Assembly (NCBI GenBank): GCA_964016885.1
Contig: OZ024742.1
Span: 231,942,001-232,006,000 of the forward strand
Origin: Eledone cirrhosa
Lineage: Eukaryota
Direction: 5' to 3'
Length of the DNA stretch: 64,000 nt
Position numbers and translations under genes: made by a program. The notes under the pieces are model-generated. The model ran no database searches and had not been told where the DNA came from. It saw nothing but the letters and a program-made list of their open reading frames with translations. Below are positions 12,315 through 26,911 of this stretch, piece by piece. Positions within the stretch are counted from its first letter, which is position 1, and the number at the start of each line of letters is the position of its first letter.

Positions 12315-13474
12315 CCTGTCTGGCCCTCTGGAGAATAGAGGAAATGTGTTTCCTTGAAAACCCGTATGACTCTAAAACCCGGTCCGTCTGTGTGGTTACA
12401 TACAGACTAGCTGACACTCACTGTAAAGTGTCTAGTGAAAAGCTGAGTACATGTACATATGTATACATGTGTGTATTTATATGCATACTAATACTTCCGT
12501 ATACATATGTAGATGTACACTTTAACTTAATTGTATATATATATATATATATATTATTAGGGTAAACATTGATGCAATTCAATTCAAGCACTCAACGTAC
12601 TTTTTCCACATAGGAGTGACGGAGTAAATATCGTATAAAGAAAAGCATATATGTACTCTGTGTTTTTGCATTTATTCACTATTGGTTCTGTTCTTTTCTT
12701 TTGTGTACTTTATGTCTGTTTTTCTTTGATTTTGTTCCATGTGATGGAAATTAGGACTGTGTACCAGATCCACTAATGCCTGGAGCCCTGTAGTTATAAT
12801 GTACGACACTGTCGTTCAATATGTGGATAGAGTAACTGTGACACTAGAATCCCTCTCAGAAAATATTACTTAAACATCTCTCTCCATATTATTTACTCAC
12901 CTCAATCCGAATTATCACCTGAAAAGAATTTTTTTAATTCTTTTTTTAATTCCTTTTTTAATTCTTTAATTTCTAATTGTTAATTTCTTAATTGTTTAAT
13001 TTATAATTTCTGATATTTGATTTAGGATTTTAATTTTTATTTCCAACCCTCACTCTTAACTTCCAACGTAAAACCATGATACCTAGAATAAGTTTATTTT
13101 CCCTTATAAGGTGATGGTCAGTCGTGACGTCAACGCTTAGCGAGGGGTAGTATTATGACCTGTAAAAACTAACACTCTCCCATCCCCTCTGGCTCTCGGC
13201 TGACTGCCACAGCCGTGATGGGTAGCAGTACAATATGGTACAGGCAATGGTGGGCCATTGTTTTGGATGACGGTGTGAACTGACTAAGCAAATTTCGTTG
13301 AAGTCTGCGGTGGCGAATGGTCAACTTCCTTCGGACATGCGCTTGCGCAGGCCGGCGGGGGTGAATTGGTACTCACAAGGGAGCGGATGAAAAACCCCCA
13401 AAACACGCAATTCATCCGTTCCCTTGTCGATCCAATTTGGATTGCCTCGGAAACATAACCTTATTATGTAACAA

Positions 13475-13548
13475 GCTGTCTGATGATGGCACGACACTCG
13501 CACACAGAACAGTGTGGCCAGTGTCGTCACTGAAATATATATCACAGC
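13475..13548 (+). ncRNA. Type I hammerhead motif near the 3' end of a ~1-kb (TA)n-flanked insert (about 12556-13597)
   Basis: gctgt-CTGATGA-long stem II(acgacact/agtgtcgt)-GAAA-tatata-TC-acagc. Confidence 0.75.
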
Positions 13549-13596
13549 ATTATTATTAAAGGATTTGAACATCTGAAACTACTTCGCTTTTCTTTA

Positions 13597-13638
<42 letters not shown>

Positions 13639-13678
13639 GAAAAAAAAAATCAGTGATGCATCTGGACTCAGTTTATTG

Positions 13679-13769
13679 CGTGTTACAATTGTTTCGCCGG
13701 CAGGTAGCTCGAGACATGATCACTGTATGGATCTGGCTGATTCTACGGCTGCAGGTTCCGTCGGACACG
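13679..13769 (-). ncRNA. Variant hammerhead motif in fold-back insert 13636-13930
   Basis: Minus strand cgtgt-CCGACGG-...-GAAA-caattg-TA-acacg followed by aataaa; the 3' half is repeated inverted at about 13785-13836. Confidence 0.55.
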
Positions 13770-13941
13770 GGTATTTCGTTCGGAGAAACAATTGTAACAC
13801 GCAATAAACTGAGTCCAGATGCATCACTGATTTTTCGTTTTTTTATACTATTCACACTCTGCTCTGTAAGAATATTGAGTGCTAATTTTGGCATACCGCC
13901 TATGGAAACACCATAGCTACCATTATACACACGTATATATA

Positions 13942-14731
13942 TCTATATATATAAAACAGAGGATGTCTGTGTGTCTGTTTCCCTAAAACTCGAGAAGTAC
14001 CCAACCGGTTTTTTTCAAACTTTATACATGTAACTCGTATGACCCCGGAAGTGTTTTGAGCAAAAAAAAATTCAAATTTTCAATGCCCTAGGGAACGCAT
14101 TAGGCGATTTAGCGATCTATTTCTCTTTCTCTTAGTCTTTCTCTTTTTAGATAGATACATAGATATGACGTCGCGCCTTCATAATATCTGTCTGTATGCC
14201 TGACTGTCTGCATTACGTCATTATGACGCGATCAGTGTGTGTATGTATATATATTCTTATGCCAGGGAACGTCTTCACGAACCAAAGTATCGTCTTCCTG
14301 TTTTCTAGATTGATTCTTTTAGTTTAAGAAGATCCCGTTAAGGTTGAAAGCAGCGATTCTTTGCTTAAACATTAATATGTTATTTTAATATAGATATTCG
14401 TGTACAGATATTTTTGCATACACAAAAACAAAATATAAACAAACAAGGCCAAAGATTACATCAATTAGTCTTAGTGTATGTACTTCATACTGCTTTTAGG
14501 TAGAATATCCCGTTAAGGGTGAAAGCAGTGATTCTTTGCTTAAACTTTAGTCTGTTATTTTAATATATATATATATATATAATTATATATTTATGGACAG
14601 ATATTTTTGCATACACAATAACAAAATATAAACAAACGTATTTATTTCACGAGGTTCGATAAGGATAAATATATATCACATATATAAGAACCCTATAGCA
14701 AATCCCGAGCAACGCCGGGCCATTCTGCTAG
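13942..14731 (+). mobile_element. Non-autonomous Helitron
   Basis: A|TC start (tctatatatataaaa), 3' hairpin cccgagcaacgccggg then CTAG|T; internal direct repeats; no TSD. Confidence 0.8.
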
Positions 14732-14901
14732 TATATATATAAAATGGAAAACGAAGAATCAGTGATGCATAGGAACTAAATTGAGTTCCGATGCATCACT
14801 CATTCTTCGTTTTCCATGTTATCATACTCTGCTCCGTAGGGGCATAGAGTGCTCAACCGGCATACCGCCTATGGACGCATCTTAGCTACCATAAGACATA
14901 T

Positions 14902-15022
<121 letters not shown>

Positions 15023-15231
15023 GTTATCCCATATTTTCTTTCCCTCCCTCCTTCGTTTTCCCAATAACTTACCTAGTTATTGAAGGCACTGGAGGTAGGT
15101 ATCTTGTCTTTAACGCGTAGAAATATCCGAGACCCCAGCAGACAACTGATGAGGAACCCCCCCCCCCCCCGTTCTTGTTTTCTTCTTATTATTATTTTTA
15201 AGCATACCTTGTCTAGCAACCAATCCTCTTC

Positions 15232-15306
<75 letters not shown>

Positions 15307-15422
15307 TCTTTTACTCTTTTACCTGTTTCAGCCATCTATATATATATACAGTGTAGGTAATACAGTGAAATACTGGTGTTGGTACCAAATCAAGTACTCT
15401 ATGCACAGGCAGAGTGTATATA

Positions 15423-15746
15423 TTAGAAAAAAACGAGTAAGTTTCGTTTACATATGAAAAATATTTATTGCGAATCGACCTGTTGCGCGTGTTTCGCAGA
15501 GGATTGGCTCAAGGTGACCCATAGGAGTTATGGACCCGACTCCAGTATCGATCTACTCCTCAGACTGGTGATGCGACAAAAGATATATTTTTGTCGCATC
15601 ACCAGTCTGAGGAGCAGATCGATACTTTAGTCGGGTCCATAGCTCCTATGAGTCACCTTGAGCCAATCCTTTGCGAAACACGCGTAACAGGTCGATACGC
15701 AATAAATATTTTTCATATGTAAACGAAACTTACTCGTTTTTTCTAT
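15423..15746. repeat. Fold-back palindrome with a hammerhead motif in each arm (15601-15692 +; 15478-15569 -)
   Basis: accagt-CTGAGGA-gcaga...tttgc-GAAA-cacgcg-TA-acaggt then aataaa; centre at about 15585. Confidence 0.75.
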
Positions 15747-15767
15747 TATATACATACTGTACATGCA

Positions 15768-16122
15768 TATGTTAGTAACTGCTTCAGTACAAATCTTGAG
15801 AAGCTGGGCTTCACAGAAACTCAAAGAACATGACTAGTTAGGAAATTACAAGTACAATCCATTAATGGAACAGTAAAACATTTCAAAACTTCTGCATCTA
15901 ATAACTGCATATACACATGTACAGATACAAAGCATATGCACATGCACACATATAACTCAAAACATACACATCCACACATACATTAACATCCATACCTGCA
16001 TGCAGACATGCAGACATATTTACCTAGTTGATATTGTTTAATTTCCAACGAGAGAGTCTTGTATCTATGTTAGAAACCAACTCTCTCTTGGTAAAAATTT
16101 ATAAAATTATAAAACCAGAAGA
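15768..16122 (+). mobile_element. 3' fragment of the R4/Dong-type element
   Basis: Matches 26518-26890 and ends at the same gaaga|(ACAT)n junction. Confidence 0.85.
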
Positions 16123-16198
16123 ACATACATACATACATACATACATACATACATACATACATACATACATACATACATACATACATACATACATACAT

Positions 16199-16986
16199 GA
16201 TGGCTGCCCCCTCGTTATCGAGTATGGCTATTGCACGTTATACCATTATTAACAATTATTAATTAATTCTATCGTGCGGTGGATTGGGAGTATCAGTAGA
16301 GGGTCGGACGCCATGCTTTGACGTATAGAGTTACGGCCCTTGCCATTCTGAGTTCAAATCTCGCCGAGGTTAACTTTGCCTTTCATCCTTACGGAGTCGA
16401 TAAAATAAAGTACCAGTAATGCACTGAGTAATTGCTGGCCTTGTGCCAAACGTAGAAACAATTAATTAATTCTATCGTGCAATGCCTGTGCGTGAAGTGA
16501 GGAAAGACTGTGCACTGAGCCAATCCCACTCTCTGAGCAACAGTAGCTATAACCCGAAAAGAAGAAAAGATCAACATCATCGGTAACTACTGAGCCGCGG
16601 GTTTTATATCGGAGTTATACCAGTTTCCTGAGTTGCCTTCTCCTAGAAGAATGCCCTGACAAAGGCTAGGGTCCTTCACTCCCAGTGGTTTAACTGCGCC
16701 CGACTTTTTCTATGTCCCCGCGCATATACATACACCCATGTATGCACACATATACATACATATGTACATGTGTATATACATATTTACACACTTTTGGATG
16801 GCCGTTGACTCTTATGAGTTTTTCCGCTCTTTGTCAGGTTTTGTTTTTTGTCCTGCAGGGTGTCCAAAATCACCCTCCTCACCAAGTAAACTTGGTGGGG
16901 TTGCCGGTTTAGTCGTCGACGACCCGACCATGCGACAGGTTGTACTGGGTTACATGTTACCAGTAGCACTCAAGAGTGACCCGACA
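16199..16986 (-). mobile_element. RTE-derived non-autonomous element, interrupted by a SINE (about 16278-16463, +)
   Basis: Homologous to 17732-18337; the SINE is flanked by a duplicated aattaattctatcgtgc. Confidence 0.7.
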
Positions 16987-17004
16987 TACGTACATACATA
17001 CATA

Positions 17005-17720
17005 CATGAGGATTGCAGCGTCTTCACAGACGATTGCCGTCTCTTATTGATTTTTCATAGACATGCCATCCGCGTCCATGATTTCGTAGATGACTTTGTT
17101 GACCAGCTGTAGATCTGCATGGTTTACAACACAGGCAACAAAAGAAAGCTGTGCTTTCCACAGGACCGGTGGGGGTCACCCTGTGGGACAATCTTTATGC
17201 ACCACCATGTGATTTGTAATCCGGAACTTTTTCTACACACTTTGTTGCATATCACGCACGTTGTTTGGCCAGGTCTCTGTTGAGTGGTGTTGCGAGTGGT
17301 TATCCTGTCATGTGACTTCAGGTGATTAACCAACTTTTGAGAGGAGTACACGCTGACAGATTTTGCATGTCCAACTACAGGTGACGTCATCAAGTCTGTA
17401 AGCACAACCGTTCCGGAGCTGACGCTTCAGTTGTTTATGTTCTAGACGACATTCCTCAAAAGTTTTGCAACTGCCCTTTATGCGCTTTCTCCACTCAGCC
17501 CTATTTAGAGCTATCTCCTCCCAGTTGTCTATATCAAATGCCAGCTCTTTGAGATTGTTCTTGATGATGTCCTTCTACCTCATTTTCGATTTGTGTTGAG
17601 GCTTTTTTTTCCAATGTGGAGCTTTCCGTAAAACGGTTGCTTCGAGATCCTCCTTTCTTTCATGCAGACGATATGTCCTGTCCAGCGCATTTGAGATGTT
17701 ACTTGAGACTCAATGTTTGG
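17005..17720 (-). pseudogene. RTE-clade LINE 3' remnant
   Basis: MRWTGHIVCM..RISKQ.FYG.L..G motif and downstream C2H2-like pieces typical of RTE ORF C-termini; frameshifted. Confidence 0.7.
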
Positions 17721-17731
17721 ACATACATACA

Positions 17732-18337
17732 TGGTGGCTGCCAACTCGTTTTCGAGTACGGCCACTACTTTATATCCATGTAGGAGAACTCCTACCAATG
17801 CACTGAACGAATGTGACTTTAGTCCAGCCAGCGACTTGAAAAACTCTGGTACAAACACTACACCTGTGACAATTATTGACACAGTGCTAGGCCCATGGTA
17901 CCATGTGACGACAAGTGCAGAGAGATCTCCAGATATAAAGCAATGCCTGTGCCGTGAAGCTTTTATAGTGAGCAAAGGCACTGCACAAAGCCAGTCCCAC
18001 TCTCTTAACCAAGATGATATTTACCAAAAAGAAGAACAAGTCAACATCATTGGATACCATCAGAGTTGCAGGTGTTATATCAGAGTTTTCCTTCTCCTAG
18101 AATTCTGCCTTGACAAAGGCTAAGGGGTCATCTCTCCCAGTGATTTTGGATGGCCATTGACTCTTAAGAGCTCCTTTGCCCTTTGACAGGTTTTGTTTTT
18201 AGTCCTGCAGGATGTCCAAAGTCACCCTCCTCACCAAGAAACCTTGGTGGGATTGCCAGTTTAGTCGCCAACGACCCGACCATGAGACAGGTTGTACTGG
18301 GATACATGTTACCAGTAGCACCAACTGGTGACCTGAC
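17732..18337 (-). mobile_element. ~600-bp RTE-derived non-autonomous retroelement with (ATGT)n ends
   Basis: Near-identical copies at about 52000-52607 and 62104-62671, diverged copies at 16199-16986 and 22417-22941. The 3' part encodes an RTE-like F.SLAGLKSH zinc-finger remnant. Confidence 0.75.
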
Positions 18338-19026
18338 ATACATACATACATACATACATACATACATACATACATACATACATACATACATAAGCACACA
18401 TGCAAACGCATACATTCATATATGTTCTTATGTATGTACGCATATATGTATATATATGTATGCGTATGTGTGCATACATATATGTATTTATGTATGCATA
18501 TATGTATAGGTGTATTGTGAGTGCATACATATGGACGTGCATTCAGTACCTATTCAATGTTTTATTTTTGTTTTCAACCTTTTACTCCCCCTCCTTTATA
18601 CCTCTATTTCTCCTTCCATTTTCTGCACTTTTTCCAACATTCCTGTTCTTTACAGCTTACCGGCTCTTTAAATTCACATTTCTCCTATGAATGGGCGTTT
18701 ATTAATCCAATGTTTTTATCACTATTGCCACCACATCCCATGTACTTCTTCCTCCTCTTCCTCGTGATTGGCATTGCTATGTCCATAGCTCCCTCACCTT
18801 CTTGCCCAGCTTTCTTTCCTTTCCTCTACCATATCTACTTACTACTTCGATCACGTTTCCATCACAATTTACTTCCTCTCAAATTATACCATTTCTACAT
18901 CACGTAAACCAACTCCTACACAACTCAAACCATCTTTTCACATCTACCTCCAGCAAATCATTTTTTTTTCATTTTTTTTTCTCATTTGCGAATTTGCATC
19001 CTTTCCACATCCTACTTACTTTCCTT

Positions 19027-19171
<145 letters not shown>

Positions 19172-19984
19172 TGTCGAAGAAAGATAAACGTCCAAAACGA
19201 TTAGATTTCTATTCTTCTTCACGGCATAAAACATATTCCAGTTTCTGTAATATATTTTTAGCCAGTCTGCTGGCTAAAAATATATTTTTAGCGAATTATA
19301 TCTGATTTGAAACGCTTTCATCTTGGAGTATTTACACTTCAATTTAATTCACGAATGATTCAATGTGCGGTACGGAAATTTGACTACGAGCTGAAAACCT
19401 CGATGGGATACTGACAGTTATTTAGGCTTCACACAGCTTTAACCCTTTCGTTACCAAATTAAACACACTACCCATTTGTTTCGAATAATTTTGAAAGTAA
19501 TCAATAATTTCAAGGAATTTAATAATATAAATATCTTTCTCGTTATTAAGCTTGTTGGAACGTAACAAACATAACAAAGGTCCTCACATAAAATTATGAA
19601 AGGTTTTTTTTTTATATATATATAAGTATAAACACTTCAAAGTATACAGTTTTATATCATAAATCCAAGGGAAGTTGCAGACGGTTTGGAATCAAAAGCG
19701 TTAAGCATTGGTTGTTTGTTTTTGCAGGCCATAAAGCTACATTCAAAGAAATTTGTGACTATTATATAAGGCTCCTAGCGAACTCTGTTTCTGCCGAAGA
19801 TTTCGAAATTATTTCTGCGAATACTACCTACTAAAGTATACTTTTCTGCTCTCTACAATACATACGTGCCTGTCAATATACCTTTATTTAAAAACGCTTT
19901 CCTTCAACCCCCAAGTGAAATCGTAGCATGGCATACAACCACAAACAACTGCCCACAGAGTTTGTTGATGAATACGCAAGATCT

Positions 19985-20015
<31 letters not shown>

Positions 20016-20340
20016 CAACTCAGCTTAGTCTGTAACTTCAAAAGGGTCTGGATTGACATGTATAACTGGGGATTGTCCGGCTGCTTCCTCTTCGCACTGG
20101 TCACCGTCTGAGGAGGGACCCCGCGAGGTGGGGTGGCTGTTGCAGCGGGAACGCTTTTGTGGTTCATTACCACCGCGCCCTAGACGCAGAGCCCAATCCC
20201 CCTCCACATTCTCTGTGACACTAGAGCCCTTGCCTTTCCCTTTCTTTTCTGTTTTTTTTTTATATTTTCTTATTTTTTATTCCAGTCTTCTCAATCTAAT
20301 TCTTTTTTCTTTTTTGATTAAATTGTATTTACATGATAAA

Positions 20341-20507
20341 CCGTATTTCCCGGCGTCGAAGACGCTACTTTTTCCCTAAAATAAGTCTAAAAAAATCTAC
20401 CATGCGTCCTGGAGGCCGAAGGTTGTTTATTATTTTTTTTCAAATTTTTGGTTGTGAAAATTAGGGTGCGTCCTCGAGGACGAAGCGTCTTCGGCGCCAG
20501 GAAATAC
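20341..20507. mobile_element. MITE (mariner/pogo-like TIRs)
   Basis: ccgtatttcccggcgtcgaagacgct ... agcgtcttcggcgccaggaaatac. Confidence 0.65.
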
Positions 20508-20919
20508 ATTTTGAGAATAAATGGTTTTAGATACGAATATATTTACAATTCTTTCTTCACCGAAATTTGAAAAACCGAACTCTAGCTTTGAACTCGTAAA
20601 TTATGTTCGTATTTTAGAAGTAGTCGTGGAAGATTCGCAGAGCTATAACTCAAGTAGAAAATCAAGCAGTAGTTTTCAATACAGTAACTAAACAATATTC
20701 GAATACTGAAACGAATATGACTTCCTTTTGTGCAGCCGCACCTCGTCAATCTTAAAGATGATATTTCTGCAATTATTTTCTGCAGCATGATCTCGCCCAA
20801 TGCTCAGCTTGCGATACTACTTATTTTAAATGTAAGAAAAAAGGAACACACTTTTCAAAGATCTGCAGATCCTCGAAATAACGTATGAGTGCTGCTATAC
20901 TCTCTGTGACTCTCACCTG

Positions 20920-21225
20920 TCTGTAAACTCAGATCATAAAGGGACGTAACTATGCTGAAAAGCATGGCGTCCGACCCTCTACCGATACTGCCAATCCACC
21001 ATAATAATTGTTTCTTATATAGGCACAAAGCCAGCAATTTTGGGGAAGCAGAAAGTCGATTAAATCAACCCCAGTGCGTGACTGGTACTTTATTTTATCG
21101 ACCCCGTAAAAACGAAAGGGGAGAGTCGATAAAATAAAGTACCAGTCACGCACTGGGGTTGATTTAATAGACTTTACTCTTCCCAAAAATTGCTGGCCTT
21201 GAGCCTATATAAGAAACCATTATTT
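20920..21225. mobile_element. Rearranged SINE fragments, including an inverted pair
   Basis: SINE head (-), tail (-) and tail (+) pieces. Confidence 0.7.
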
Positions 21226-22116
21226 ATCTAGTATATAAACTACGGAACTATATACTCGATAAATAATAGAAAGACCAGGTTAAACATGAGGAAATACCAC
21301 GCTGGTAGCTAGAACGCAGACTGTTCTCTTACGAAATCTTGCATCATCTTAATTCTGCTACAAATGCACCATTGATACGAGTTTATAAAAAATAATTATA
21401 CTTCAAGGTATCCAGAAGATTTACGCTTTTGTTTAATCACACCTCTATTATTAGAAATTATTCACATTATTTCCTTTTCGACTATCAGGTAAAATGCTTA
21501 GAAAGTGTGATATGTGATTGATGTTTTTTTTTTGTTTTTTTGTTTTTTTCTTGTGGTTATTTATTTTTTTATTTGCTGTTGGCAAATGAGATGAATTCTG
21601 AGCTTGCCTATTTTACTTCAACATTATCGTATTTCTATATTAACGAGGAATTAAACAAGGATGGTTTCTCATTTAGCAAGCACTTCATTCATAGTGTTCT
21701 AGGTTTCTTTTATAATGTATATGATTGTTAGTGTCTGGCTAGCTTCCCAGCATTGCTGATTTCTTCAGCCTTTTTTCTTTCTTGATTTTCATGAATAATT
21801 CGTGGAATCATATGAACTTTGGAGTGGCAATTGATGACTTTGTTCGCTCTTTTAACTTCCATAGTTTACGTAGATCTATTTGTGGATTATATAACAAAGC
21901 ATTTAGTCATACATATCTGTCGGTTGAAAGGCGGTAAATTGGCAGAGTCGTTAGAATGTAGAATGATTTGCGCTATTCGTTCCGGCTCTCTAACCTTTTA
22001 GTTTAAATCCCACAGAGGTCAACTTTGCCTTTCAGCCTTTTGAGATCGATAAAAATGTATCAATCCGGTACTGGGGTCGATTCTTCCTCTATATCTCTTC
22101 CTCACTTCCTCACAGT

Positions 22117-22204
<88 letters not shown>

Positions 22205-22383
22205 AAGAAATCTCCTTCTATTGAAGAAATCAGCCGTGTTCAGACCTGGAGATATATGGGCTCCGCCAGGTTGAAAGTGTCTAAGACGCTGCACGTACGT
22301 CTCCATCAGGAGTTACGGGTACGTACGTGTGTACATACCTACATACATACATACATACATACATACATACATACATACATACA

Positions 22384-22416
<33 letters not shown>

Positions 22417-22941
22417 GATGGCTGCGACTCGATTTCGAGTAATGCCATGGCTTGATACTTAAGCATAAGTATCACAGACGTGGCTTTTTAGTCCTGCTAG
22501 AGACTTGCCTATGGCCAGCAATACCATGCATCGCAATGAATGTCACATATTAAGCTATGCCTGTGCTTGAAGCTTTTTTAGGTGAGGAAAGGCTTTGTAC
22601 GGGGCTAATCCCACTTTCTGAACATCGAATGCATTTGCCCGAAGAACTGGTCTACATTATTGGATGCAAACGAAGTCGCAGAGTAACCTTTTCATAGAAA
22701 TATGTATTAATGAAGACTAGGAGTCTCTCGTTAAAAAAAAAAAAAAAAAAACTTTTATTGGTTGGCCGTTGATTCTCCTGAGTTCCTCCGCCCTTTAACG
22801 GATTTTGTTTTTCACCCCGCAAGGTGTCCTAAATCAACCTCCTCGCCAAGCAAGCTTGGTGGGATTGCCGATTTAGTCACCAGATTGTACTGGGTTGTAC
22901 TAGGTTGTACATGTTACTAGTAGCGCTGAAAAGCGACCTGA
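22417..22941 (-). mobile_element. Diverged RTE-derived non-autonomous element
   Basis: Homologous to 17732-18337; abuts (ACAT)n. Confidence 0.65.
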
Positions 22942-22949
22942 TATAACAC

Positions 22950-23316
<367 letters not shown>

Positions 23317-23448
23317 ACATACATACACACATACTCACATACACACACATACATACACACATAGATACATACATCAATACATACATACATACATACATAC
23401 ATACATACATACATACATACATACATACATACATACATACATACATAC

Positions 23449-26400
23449 AGGTTTCCTAGCAGCCAGGTTGAACAGCGCCTTGAAACAATTATGCATGTAA
23501 GAAACTTGACACCACCTGTACCATCTAAGTCTACCTCGACTGTTGTGGAAAATACTATCGATAATGATAATCAAAAGTATAAACAATTGAAAATTTCCCT
23601 CAACGAAATCTTCCAGTGAGAAATTAACTCATGTATAAATATCTCTCTTGGTGAACGTGTTAAAACGACAATGGTGAATAAAAAACCAAATAATGGAATA
23701 CTACGTGTTATTGACGAAATAGGGGATGAATATTTACGACGGATAAAAACCCCAACATTTTGGCAAATCAACGCCTGTTTATAAGCCCTAGCAGCGACAG
23801 TGAAGCATTATCTTGATGATAGCAGAGATATTAACAAGAACAAAACACCACCAAAAATACCATCATATATAACTAAAATAGAAAAAAAGATCGTTGACCT
23901 ACAAAAAATCATAGGATATGTGACAATGCTCCTTACATGCAAACAAACAAACAAAACCTCACTCCTCACCAACAAAGAGTGAAAAATAAAATAGAGACGA
24001 TGTTTGGTAACAGTAGAACCAGAACTCTCCAATATAAGCTGATCACCCTCAAACAAGAATTGAGAGCTGTTAGAGAAAAACGCCGATACCTGAAGAAGAT
24101 AGATGAGAGAAAAGTGCTTAATAAAAGATTCGGACGAAACCAAACATCAGTCTATAGAAATATGAAGGGCAAAATAATAAGTGTCACTGAGGCCCCATCC
24201 CAGAAAGACATAGATTCCTTTTGGAGAAAAATATAGGGTGAAAAGAAGAATTTCAACCAAGATGCAGTGTGGCTAAGAGAAATCCGAAAGAACTATTGCT
24301 CCTACACTACAACAAAAACATACGAAATAAGTGAGGGTACCCTTGAGACTGTCATAGGAAAACTCCAAGGTAATAAAACACCAGGAAGAGACATGATTGT
24401 CGGCTACTGGTACAAAAAACTGATATTCTATCGGAGGTATCTTACTGACCTCTACCAACAAGTTCTTAAGGGAGATACACTTATACCAGAATGGTTGACA
24501 TTAGCACAAACGTTACTGGTCCCCAAGAACAAAGACACCCACTTGGCAAAAAACTACCGACCCATTGCATGCCAGAACCTGATGTATAAGATGTATACAG
24601 CCTGCCTGAACCTATTCCTCCAAGATCAATGTGAAAATAATAACATCATCACAGATGAACAAGCAGCTGGAAAGAAAGGGGTCTGGGGATTTGCTGAACA
24701 ACTCCTAATCAATAAAACTGCGATGTCGGAGGTGCGACAACTTAGGAGGAATATGACTACAGTCTGGCTGGACTACAGGAAAGCTTTCGATTCTGTTCCC
24801 CACTCTTGGATGATAGAGGCCCTCCAACTTGCTAAATTCCCAGACATTATTGTCAGAGCCATAGAGAGGCTGTCTTCTTCTTGGGCTACTATCCTAAGGT
24901 TAAAGACAGAGATGGAGGACTCTATTTTCACTGATAAAAGAAAATATTGCAGGGGTATATTTCAGGGGGACAGTCTCCCTGTGATATTATTCATCTTGTC
25001 ATTAAACCCCTTGTCCTTTCTGCTCAAGAAATGTGAGGGATACATCATTGGCTCACAGGAGGACAGAAATACGAACCTAACCCATAATTTCTTTGTGGAC
25101 GATCTGAAACTCTATGCCAAGAACATGGATGGGATGAAGAAAAATCTTGACCTGGTTACAACGTTCTCAAAGGATATAGAAATGGAGTTTGGCCAAGATA
25201 AATGCTCATACATGACTGTAAAGCGGGGAAAAACAACAACCCAATCTAGTAATATTGTCATCAATGGCCTAACTGTTTCACCGATATCTGATGAGGACTG
25301 CTACAGATACCTGGGGATAGATGAGAACATATCCTGTAATGGTATCTGTAATAAAGAACGCGTAACCAGGGAATACTACACCCGATTAAGAAAGATCTGG
25401 TCATCGGAACTCTCTGCGCAAAACAAAACAGTGGCTCACAATGTGTTTGCTGTGCCTGTCCTAACACCAACGTTTGGAATACTCAATTGGACGATAGACG
25501 AAATCCGAGCAGTTGATATTGGAACTCGAAAAATACTGAACAACACCGGAAACTTCCACATCAACAGTGACATAGACCGCCTTTACTTGACACGTAAGCA
25601 GGGAGGCAGAGGCCTAACATCAGTCCAGACAACATTTGAATGTCGCATCATATCTCTCCGACAACATCTACGAACCTCGAAGCGTAGGAGCCCATTTCTT
25701 GAGCAAGTCTATCTGCATGAAACAGATAAGATCATGAGAGTTGGGAAGGAACTCCTCGAAAGATATTCCCTGTGTGATAATCAAAAACTCACACCCAGGG
25801 AAGTCGCTCAGCAATATCGCAGTGAATCCATGGATGAAAAACTGCATGCTTATCAGCAAAAAATCATGTATGGATATGTTGCCATGAAGCTCCAAAGTGA
25901 GAGTAATATAGATAAGGAAAGTAGTCTATCTTGGACCAACAACCGTTATATTGGCTCCCACTTTGAAGGATACGCTTTTGCAATCCAAGAACAGGAGATT
26001 AACACGAAATACCTGATTCACAAAAGAGATAGGGATGCAACCAAAACACCTAGATGTGATAACAAGTGCAGACTCTTCAGAATTAACATCGAAAATGTCA
26101 CCCGTGTCATAAGCAGCTGTCCAAAGATGTCATCGCGGTACTATCTACCTACGAGGCATGATGTAGTGGCCAAAACACTGTACAATGCAGTTCGTAAAAA
26201 AGATAGCCCCGGTAATAAACACATTAAAAGCTACAACAATGTGGAAGACATCCATGTATATAATATGAAAGAGTACTGATGGAATGTTCCAGTAAAAACC
26301 CCAATAAAATGCAGGCATAACAGACCAGATATTATGATATGGGACAGGGAGAAGAAAACATGCACAGTAGTGGAAATTAGCTGCCCAGCACATGCCAATA

Positions 26401-26890
26401 TAATATCAAAGATTAGTGAAAAGGAGAATATTTATGCAGAACTGATGAGAAATCTGCAGCTACTCCACCCTGATTACACCTTCAGATTTATGCCTGTGGT
26501 TATTGGGGCACTGGGGTATGTTAGTAACTGCCTCAATACAAATCTTGAGAAGCTAGGCTTCACAGGAATAGAAAGAACACAACTAGTTAGGAAATTACAA
26601 GTACAATCCATTAATGGAACAGTAAATTATATGTAAAACATTCCAAAAATTCAGCATCTTATAACACATATACACATGTACAGATACAAAGCATCTACAA
26701 ATGCACACATACAACTCAAAACATACACATCCACACATACAATAACATCCATATCTACACATGCAGACATACATACATATCTACCTAGTTGATGTTGTGT
26801 AAATTCCAATGAGAGAGTCTTGTAACTATGTTAGAAACCGACTCTCTCTCTATTGAGAAAAAAAAATTGTGAAATTATAAAACCAGAAGA
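23449..26890 (+). mobile_element. R4/Dong/Rex6-like non-LTR retrotransposon with restriction-like endonuclease (disrupted ORF about 23600-26640)
   Basis: NYRPIAC, WLDYRKAFDSVPH, GIFQGDSL, FFVDDLKLY, YRYLGI, GGRGL, zinc-knuckle remnant CRL..E..SSC, RHD, then RPD...VEISCP (PD-(D/E)xK). Several stops/frameshifts; (ACAT)n on both sides. Confidence 0.9.
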
Positions 26891-26911
26891 ACATACATAC
26901 ATACATTCATA

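Larger units (their letters stand above)
11077..12533 (-). repeat. 469-bp tandem array (2.35 units) plus inverted partial unit, hammerhead-bearing (retrozyme-like)
   Basis: Units 11077-11545, 11546-12014 and partial 12015-12180 are nearly identical; 12183-12533 is an inverted part-unit; (TA)n on both flanks. Confidence 0.9.

Noticed and set aside
11145-12565. Repeated 64-73 aa ORFs in the 469-bp array
   Set aside because: Non-ATG starts, no recognisable domain, and present on both strands; their recurrence is due to the repeat.
18230-18337. Possible HDV-like ribozyme at the 5' end of the RTE-derived element (ccagt...gtcg ttgg cgac taa actgg)
   Set aside because: P2, P4 and J4/2-like pieces are visible, but I could not build a valid P1/P3/L3. 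It needs a descriptor search.
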